From: Octopus sinensis
Lineage: Eukaryota
NCBI RefSeq assembly: GCF_006345805.1
Contig: NC_043012.1
Location: 45,818,001 to 45,882,000, forward strand
Length of the DNA stretch: 64,000 bases
Direction of reading: 5' to 3'
Shown: one piece after another, positions 55,130 through 64,000 of the stretch
Layout: each line of letters begins with the position of its first letter
Numbering within the stretch: the first letter of the stretch is position 1
Notes under the pieces: generated by a model
Told to the model about the DNA's origin: nothing
Seen by the model: only the letters and a program-made list of their open reading frames with translations
Databases searched by the model: none
Program-made: the position numbers and the translations under genes

Positions 55130-56100
55130 TGAACAGTGAATTATCCGTCTCCTGAGAAATGCTCGTATTGTCCGTCATTTCTGCTCGACCAGTCACTCCA
55201 CACAATACCTTACGGAGTTCGGCCTGGCCTTATACGATGGGCCTACCAACACCAAACTTTGCAAGGTACAACACATCATCTACTCTTTACGAACCCTTAC
55301 GCCTTTTTGGAATTAACACCTCCCTCATTCTTGTTGCAGCTTCTAATTTCTATATCTCTCACCAATGTCATACACTTTCCCTCTGCTTCCGTTTTCTTTT
55401 TCTCTCTGCATTTATCTGCCACACTCGTAAATAACTTATGAACCTCATACGCAATAAACATGCCTGCTGCACACATGCACACACACACACACACACACAA
55501 AGACACACACATACACACGTAAAGACACACACACACACAAAGCCACGCACACAGACAAACACACGCACGTATACAGACACACATGCACTCTGTAATATAT
55601 AACCATAAGTACACACAAGAAATTCGTCCCATACACCGACACCAAAACCACACCCAAGTAAGCATACAGACGCAAGCATGTGCGCACGCATCCACACACA
55701 GAGGCATACAGACACACTTGAACACATGCATACGCACATGCATGAGAATGACACACACGCACCCACAGGCCCTCGAACACACATCCGACTACTAATACTA
55801 CTACACCGTACTGCTACTAAACAATGAGTCCTACTCACATGCACACACATATTTACACACAAACAAACGCAGCCACAATCACACTCAACCCTTTTTGCAC
55901 TCTCTTGCTTTCCAAAACTACATTCTCTATTTTTCTTCAGCTTCCGGGCAGATAATTTTCGGTCATGTAACGAAAAATATACTTTTCCCCGGACTATACA
56001 CTCCTTTCTCCTTTCCTTTTCTCTGAAACTATTCTTCTATCCGACGAAAAGCTGTGTTCGAAACGTCATTTCTGCACCAATTTCACCATCTCAAACTTTC
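55130..56100 (+). mobile_element. Penelope-like 3' remnant interrupted by CA-rich repeats
   Basis: GLALYDGPTN...QHIIYSLRTL.PFGIN (GIY-YIG tail), and a degenerate CCGACGA..GAAACGTC motif at 56037-56070. Confidence 0.6.
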
Positions 56101-56177
56101 ATTGACAGTTAATCCCCTTGTGTTTTCCTGTTTTCTATTCTTGGATTCCCCTCTCTCTCTCTCTCTTTCTCTGTCTC

Positions 56178-56245
<68 letters not shown>

Positions 56246-56256
56246 ATATATATATA

Positions 56257-56295
<39 letters not shown>

Positions 56296-56331
56296 CATAT
56301 ATATATATATATTTGTATGTGCGCGCGTGTG

Positions 56332-56391
<60 letters not shown>

Positions 56392-56667
56392 AGAAATTAA
56401 ATATAAAATATAAATTACAAAGTGGGACAAGAACGCAAAAACACACAAGGAGACGACACAAAAAAATATATATATACATAAAATACAAGCAGCTAGGCGC
56501 AATATGAAACCAAAAAGTAAAAATGGTATCGTTAATAATAGCGACTGAGAGTGCTGGATAGCATGTATATAGAAAGAAACAAGACTCCAATCTCTTGCAA
56601 TATAATGCGTATTCATACTCCCATTTTACCTTGTGTATTGGTGATGGTTAACTATTGTAGAACAAAC

Positions 56668-57055
56668 GCAGGAGTGACTGTGTGGTAAGGAGCTGTTTCC
56701 CACCCACATGGTTCCGGGTTCACCCCCTCAGCGTGATATTTTGAGCAAATGTCTTCTTCTATAGCTTGGGCCGACCACAGACTTGTGAATGGATTTGGAT
56801 GATGGAAACTGAAAGAAGACCGTCGAATGCAAATATGCGTACACACGTGTGCGTGTGCGTGTCTTTGTTTTAGAACCGACGTTAGTATGCTGACATCCCC
56901 GTAACTTAGCGGCTCGCCAAAAGGAAACGATAGAATAAGTGCCTGGCTTAACAAAAGTAAGTACTGGGGTCAATTCAATCGACTAAAAACGCTTCACGGT
57001 AGTGCTCTAGCATGGCCGCAGTCTAATGATTGGAACAATGGAAAGAGAAAAGATG
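56668..57055 (+). mobile_element. tRNA-derived SINE family A
   Basis: Homologous to the 22638 copy. Confidence 0.8.
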
Positions 57056-57235
57056 AAAAATAATATAATACAAAATTCACTTAATTTTGTTGCATGGTGA
57101 TGAATCTATTTGATGAACGGTTGGATAAGTCGAATTGCTAATATACCCCAACATCTGAGTTAAAACCATAAATTGTTTGCAGATATTAGATCTTTAGAAT
57201 CGTTAAATTAGTTTAGATTTTATCATATGCTTTTC

Positions 57236-57440
57236 AAGGCGGCGAGCTGGCAGAAACGTTAGCACGCCGGGCGAAATGTTTAGCCAGTCTTTACGTATTG
57301 ATTTCAAATTCCGCCGAGGTTGACTTTGCTTTACATCATTTCGGGGTCGATAAATTAAGTACCAGTTGCATAATGAGATCGTTCTAATCGACTGGCCCCT
57401 CCCCACAAACTTCGGGCCTTGTGGCTAGAGTAGAAAAGAT
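57236..57440 (+). mobile_element. SINE family B copy
   Basis: aaggcggcgagctggcagaaacgttagcacgccgggcgaaatg head. Confidence 0.85.
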
Positions 57441-58264
57441 CATATGATTTTCGTATGTTAACATTAGTTCTGTACTACCCTTAACCTGGGAAACCCTGCT
57501 ATAGCTGCAATCGACGTACGTGTCAAAACACAAGGGGTTCATTCAACTACATTTTGTACTATTTCGCTTCATTGAATCTGATGGAGTGAAGATAATCCCA
57601 GACACAATTTCTTTTAGATGACATAACGATATGATTCTCATTGTTGTGTTGATACGCAGGAAGTTGGTAACCTAAGAGATACGTCAACACGAATAATAAT
57701 GGATAAAAAAAATAAAAGACAAGAATTACCTCTCAAGATATTAGCTGATAATGAAGTGGGCGGTGTTAATTAACATGTCAAAGGAACCCCACGAAAAAAA
57801 AAATCAATACGTTCACCATTAATGAAGATCAACAATTGTGATTTTCTTTTTGGAAAAATAATACTGAAATTTCTTTTTTCTGAAGCTGTTGCTGTTGTCG
57901 TTATTGTGTATGAAAAACTGGAAATGTATTTCCATTAAACTCTAACTCCTTTATGGGGTCCTCTGTCATAGTCAGTGTAAAATAAGGGGAGGATAATTCA
58001 GTAATTTGCTTGCATTAAAGTGCATGTATTCTGCATCATTTTAAACAAATGCTAGTTTGATTTTAGTAATTTAAATTTCAAAATTTATTTTCTATTTGAT
58101 CTTTAAAGCATTCACCTGATTACAACTAGCTTTTGTATTCTGGAAACATTGAATAAAAGAAGCTAATGAAAGGATCTAATTTCCCGGCCAAAGAAGGTTC
58201 AATGTGGCAGTGTATGTTTCGAAAGCGAATTATTGTACCCAAACGGTATTTCTTTCCTATTCCT

Positions 58265-58900
58265 AAGGCGGCGAGCTGGCAGAAACGCTAGCACGCCGGG
58301 CGAAATGCTTAGCGGTATTTCGTCTACCGCTACGTTCTGAGTTCAAATTCCGCCGAGGTCGACTTTGCCTTTCATCCTTTAGGGGTCGATTAAATAATTA
58401 CCAGTTACGCACTGGGCTCGATATAATCGACTTAATCCGTTTGTCTGTCCCTGTTTGTCCTCTCTGTATTTAACCCCTTGTGGGCAGTAAAGAAATAGGT
58501 ATTTCTTTTCTACTCTAGGCACAGGACCCGACATTTTGGGGGAGAGACCAGTCGATTAGATCTACCCTAGTGCGCAACTGGTACTTAATTTATCGACCTC
58601 GAAAGGATGAAAGGCAAAGTCAACACCGGCGGAATTTGAACTCAGAACGTGGCGGCAGACGAAATAGCTATTTCTTTACTACCCACAAGGGGCTAAGCAC
58701 AGAGAGGACAAACAAGGACAGACAAACGGATTAAGTCGATTATATTGACCCCAGTGCGTAACTGGTACTTATTCAATCGACCCCGATATGATGAATGGTG
58801 AAGTCGACCTCGGCGGAATTTGAACTCAGAACGTAGCGGCAGACGAATACCGCAAAGCATTTCGCCCGGCGTGCTAACGTTTCTGCCAGCTCGCTGCCTT
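58265..58900. mobile_element. Cluster of three family B SINEs: + copy 58265-58505, partial - copy, - copy 58667-58900
   Basis: The outer copies are reverse complements of each other over ~235 bp. Confidence 0.9.
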
Positions 58901-59499
58901 ATTCAAACGGCATTTCTACATAATAAATGTGCCTTACCGAAATTAAAATATTTATAAGTTAATAGATAGCATAAAAGAGAGATCGTGTCGTAAGATCCAG
59001 TGAAATTACATATACGATGCCAGCATTAGCTGAGCAGTTGCTATGACCTTCAGTTAAAAACACTTGTAAAATCATGAATGAAGTGTTTCTGATGGACAAC
59101 TTTACCGAAGAGGAAAATGTTCTGAATAATTATTAGCTTCGTCTACAGTACTTCTTTTGCCATAGCCAAATATCATTGGCTGTGATGGGCAGACGAACTA
59201 TGTGTTTACTTCATCTAGTTAAATGATGGCAGGGGTGTGTTCTGACAATGGATACAGCCGATAGACGGATTCGTTCCAAATGCAAAGCTAGGTGTTCGAT
59301 AAAACACAAAATATTTGCAGCGCACAGATTCTTCAGAGATATGCAGAGTGCCGTATCGTTGTTTGCACACTTCTCGGGTGGTCTCGCCGAGTGGCACTTC
59401 CGTGCCTGTACATTGTACCAGGAAAAGCTAGTGCTTCAGGGAAGCACTGCCAGACCAGTGATTTCTGAAACTTTCCACGCTAATCTTCTGCACCAAAGT

Positions 59500-60340
59500 C
59501 CTCCGAAACAGACCTGATGCAATATGCAGCGAAAGATATGGGTGTAAATGTAGATGAAATGAGCTGAGGAGAAGAAAAACGAACACCTTCTTGAAATGAG
59601 AATGCATGGACATTTTGAAAGGAATGCACAGGACGTTAAGGATAATACAACATCGTGGACATGGCTTGAGCGAGGTGATTTGAAGCGCAGGACCGAAAGC
59701 CTGATCATTGTTGCACAAAACCAGGCTCTCGCTACCAAGTCAGTGAAGTATAACATCAATAAAACTTCTGACACTCTGAAATGCAGACTTTGTAAAAAGA
59801 GTGTGGAAAAGGTGGCCCACTTGGGAAATGGATGCGATAGCCTTGCACAAAAAGAATACAAGCGCCGCACGATAAAATGTGTGTGTATCTTCATTGGCTC
59901 TTAAGCCGTAACTACCAATATGAAGTCACAGAGAATTGCTATGAGCATGTACCAAGTTAAGTTATGCAGAAGGATGGAAAAGTAACGATACTCTAGGACT
60001 ATGATTTCAGACGGATCGTGTAATCGAACACCGTCGGCAGAATATTGTGATATTGAATAAGACAGACAAATTCTGTTAATCCATTGATGAATCCATACCA
60101 AATGACATGAATGTTGGGAGTAAAGAGGTTGAAAAAATCACCAAGTACTCCGAATTGAAGGTGGGAGTGACAACACAGTATAGATTCTGCGAGGGTAAAG
60201 TAAAAGTGATACCAGTGCTGATCCCATTGAAACTTCAAGACTTCTTAAGGCAACTGGAAATCTCATACAGAATTGGTGTCTTGCAAGAAGCAGCTTTATT
60301 GGGCACAGGGTACATCTTAAGGAGAGTATTATTTATCTGA
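59500..60340 (+). mobile_element. R4/Dong-like RLE LINE 3' fragment
   Basis: HGHF..SWTWL.RGDLKRRTESLI.AQNQAL, CRLC....HL..GC..LAQKEYKRRHDK and GTGYILRRVL. Confidence 0.8.
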
Positions 60341-60349
60341 GATTCTTGT

Positions 60350-62420
60350 TATGACTTCACAGATGACAAAAGAATCCGGTGCACTTTTACCGGCAAATAA
60401 TCCAACAGCAGATATATCATCCCTACTTGAATCATGCAAAAGGAAAACTAATAAACCCAACAAACGAATGAAAGCACCTCCCCTCCAGCAGCAAACTGAA
60501 GAGTTTTGGGAAAGTAACTGGAGTAATCCAAAGAAGTTTAATCAGAATGCATGTTGGGTCAGTGACATAGAAGGGACCAATGCCCACCTCAAATATCAAG
60601 AACGACAGGATATAACAACTGAAGAAATGAAAACTGCGCTCGCCAAGTCAAAGAAATGGAAATCCTCAGGTATAGATAAGATTCCAAATTCTTGGCTAAA
60701 CACTTTAATGAGCACCCACCACAACTTAACTGTAGCACTTAAAGAGGTCATATTGAACACTGCGAGAGCCACAAAGTGACTTACAGAAGGTCTTACATAT
60801 ATCTTACCAAAAACAGAAGAAACTACTAAACCCCAAAAGTACAAACCCATAATATGCCACACCACCATGGATAAAGTATTAACGTCTATAACAGCGAATA
60901 GAACATATGAATTCTTGGACAATAGGAAGTTACTGCCAGTAGGACAAAACAGATATAAAAGGAGTTCATATGGATGTAGGGACCAATTAATGATTGATAA
61001 ATGCAAGTCCAAACGTAGAAATCTTAGCACCGCTTGGATAGATTACAAGAACGCTTTTGATAGTGTTCCCCATGCATGGATCATCAAGACCCCAGAAGTT
61101 TACAAGATAGCTCCAACAATTGCGAACTTTTTAAAAGTAACCATGAATTCGTGGAGAACCTCCCTAATTTCAAACCATACATAAAGCTATACCATCTCAC
61201 CAGACATCAATATCACTTGTGGTACCTTGCAATATGACTCATTGACACCATTACTCTTCCGCCTCGCTCTGTTCCCTTTATCCATCCAACTGGATAATGC
61301 TAAGAGGGGGTATAATATCTTTAAACAGAAAATTAATTATCTACTCTATATGGATGATCTAAAGCTCTTTGCTAAAAGTGACAAAGAATTAGAAGATTTT
61401 CTGAATATTGTCAAAGAATTCAGCTCTGATATATGTATGGAATTCCTATTTGATAAATGTGCAACCGCCACTTTCAAGACAGGGACATTCGTAAAGGCAG
61501 AAAACATTGAACTTGATACTACCACACACTTAGAACAATCCGAAGTATACAAGTATTTGGGAACCAATGACGTTGATGTTATCCAGTACTCTAAAATGGA
61601 AGAGAAACTCCGCAAGGAATGCTACCGAAGTTAAGAATAGCTCTAAATTCAGAAGTAAATGCTGCTAACAATTAATCCGATCAACTCAAAGAGATCCAAA
61701 TAGGGACAAACCTACCATTAATGCAAAAGACATCAAACAAAAAGCAAAGAAGGCTTGAATGAATAATATCGAGAACTGGAAAGATAAACTCCTGCATGGA
61801 AAATAATCTAACCGACTGCTGTCCAAGCCAGATATTGATCAAAATCTAGCACACCAATAGCTACAAGGGACAGGTCTGCAAAGGGGAAACAGAATGTGTT
61901 GCTATTGCAATGCAAGATCAGAGCTTACCTACAGGAAACCGCCATGCAAACGTCCTTAAAGATGGATCTAACACCCTACTTCGTTCAGAATTTGTGGAAA
62001 ATTCACAGACACACTTGATCATGTTGCTTCTGGCTGCCCAGTCCTCACTGAAAAGAGTACCTCATAAGACATGACAGACTAGGGCAGTACTTCCATTGGA
62101 ATGCTTGGTAATTATTACAAAATTGAATCCCATGGTAAGTAGTACAGGCACCATCTAGAAGATGGCGAGGATGTCACCATCCTTTGGAACTTCCCAATAC
62201 AAACAGACAGAAAAATTGACCACATATTGTGGTCAAGGAATATAACAGAGGAACTTGTCTGTTAATAGATAAGCTTGTCCCACAAGATCGAAAAGTCTCA
62301 AGAAAGGAATAGGTACAACCCATACACTACAGAAAACACACCCCATTTAAAATGGTATAAATGTGGTGGTAATTTTAGCATGTATAGGAAAACGAAAGTG
62401 CCCGTAATGCTCTTGAACTC
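60350..62420 (+). mobile_element. R4/Dong-like RLE LINE fragment spanning RT to endonuclease
   Basis: WKSSGIDKIPN.WL, GQ.R.KR.SYGCRDQL, NLSTAWIDYK.AFDSVPHAWI, Q.DSL.PLLF, LLYMDDLKLFA, YKYLG, RHDRLGQY.HW and QTDRK; many stops. Confidence 0.85.
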
Positions 62421-62481
62421 CGGAGGATGTCCGGTACTAAGGCAGCTGAAAGGGAACCATAAATGATGATAATGATATTGT

Positions 62482-62524
<43 letters not shown>

Positions 62525-62539
62525 ATACCCAGGTTAAAC

Positions 62540-63000
62540 AACAAGATGGAAGGACAGCAACTGTAGTAGCACAGAATATGAAACTAATAGCAAAGCAAAA
62601 TGCGTTTGAACAATTGGCTGATAAGTGGAAACCAAACTTCTGCATGGCAAATATGTGGCTCGTAGCAAGCAAGCTGATGTAGAGCAGAAGCACACCCATC
62701 AGTGGCTACAGAGCTCAGAGTTAAAGGCAGAGAGTGGGGGCTGTATCTTGGCTTCACATGAGCAGAGGTTATTGAACCGGAACTATGAATGCAAATGTGA
62801 TGAAAAATGATGTAGACCCAAAGTACCGATACTGCAAAGATGAGATTGAAACAGTAGACCGATCAATCACTGGTTGTAAGGTGTTAGCACCTGTAGAGTA
62901 CAAATCAAGACATGATAGAGTTGGCCAATATCTACACTGGATAATGTGTCGGCATTATAAAATCAAAACTATTGACAAATGGTACAAACACCACCCTAAG
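62540..63000 (+). mobile_element. Third R4/Dong-like fragment (pre-endonuclease zinc knuckle)
   Basis: K.LHGKY..ADV.Q..THQWL.SS.LKAES.G.I.A..Q.L..RNY and EYKSRHDRVGQYLHW..C.HY.I...KWYKHHP; preceded by (GAT)n and followed by (TATG)n. Confidence 0.8.
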
Positions 63001-63014
63001 TACGTATATGTATG

Positions 63015-63046
<32 letters not shown>

Positions 63047-63139
63047 TGTATGTATGTATGTATGTATGTATGTATGCAAGTATGTATGTGTGTATGTATG
63101 TATGTATTTACGTATGTATGTATATTCTTTAATTTTTTT

Positions 63140-63318
63140 TATTTCAGTAATTTGACTACGACCATGAGGAAGCACCACCCTTAGCCGAACACTTTGACCC
63201 CGGACTTATTCTTTGTAAGCCTTGTACTTATTCTATAGGTCCCTTTTCCCTAACAGCTAATGCGACGTGGACGTAAACACACCAACATAGGATGTCAAGT
63301 AATGGTAGGGGGCAAACA
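63140..63318 (-). mobile_element. SINE family A 3' half
   Basis: Reverse complement of the 3' part of the 22638 copy. Confidence 0.7.
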
Positions 63319-63359
63319 CATACATATATATGTATGCATGTATGTATGCATGTATGTAG

Positions 63360-63390
<31 letters not shown>

Positions 63391-63396
63391 GTATGC

Positions 63397-63448
<52 letters not shown>

Positions 63449-63546
63449 CTTCATATACACAGATATATACATATACATGCACACAAGTACATACACAGAC
63501 ACTTAAACATATATTTGTTTGTTCCTCCTCAAACCGTATATATATA

Positions 63547-63609
<63 letters not shown>

Positions 63610-64000
63610 GTTTCAATATGTGACATCTGTTAGGCTTTCATCCCACTTGACGGATTCCTAGAGGTGTTGTGGTGTCATGCGGCACGTCTTTGACACACGT
63701 CTAGACACAGTCGATGTTTTTCGGACAGTAAAGATAATCAGAGAGATAAAAAGAGAAATGAAAGAATGAGTCAATAGGAAGTTATATATGCATAGTATCT
63801 GTATATATGTTTGTGCTTGTGTGTGTGTGTGTGTGTGTGTGTGTGAGCGTGAGGCAATGTTTTTGTTTATGTTTGTGCGTGTACCTTTGTGTGTATGTGT
63901 TTGTGTTTGTATGTTTTTATGTATGTATGCATGCATGTATATATGTATGTATTCTTGTTTGCACGTGTGAGAGCCAAAACAGCTACATGCACAAAGTCCA

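Noticed and set aside
59215-59500. GETTR motif suggesting another GIY-YIG remnant on the minus strand
   Set aside because: A single short motif with no flanking GIY/YIG or cysteine pattern; unsupported.

Overview
AT-rich, microsatellite-dense eukaryotic DNA. The SINE, Penelope, mariner and simple-repeat content is most consistent with an octopus (coleoid cephalopod) genome; this is inferred from repeat pattern recognition, not a search. I could not support any host protein-coding exon, so the window looks intronic or intergenic. It is a mosaic of mobile-element remnants: Penelope-like elements (RT and GIY-YIG), several with minimal hammerhead-ribozyme-like motifs; a Tx1/L1-clade LINE with four copies all in (TATC)n arrays plus a divergent sister copy; R4/Dong-like, NeSL/HERO-like, RTE and CR1/L2 LINE fragments; one full-length frameshifted D,D34D mariner and three degraded mariners; several MITE/foldback elements; two abundant tRNA-related SINE families; and a ~48-bp 28S rRNA fragment. 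The most unusual items are (1) a 778-bp foldback with a GC-rich branched core whose arm differences are skewed to G-U pairs on the + strand, (2) an apparently (TATC)n-targeting Tx1 family, and (3) a tRNA-headed SINE whose tail is a Penelope-type minimal hammerhead, with an inverted tail copy at its 5' side. Most ORFs in the supplied track are simple-repeat artefacts. All alignments and counts were done by hand.
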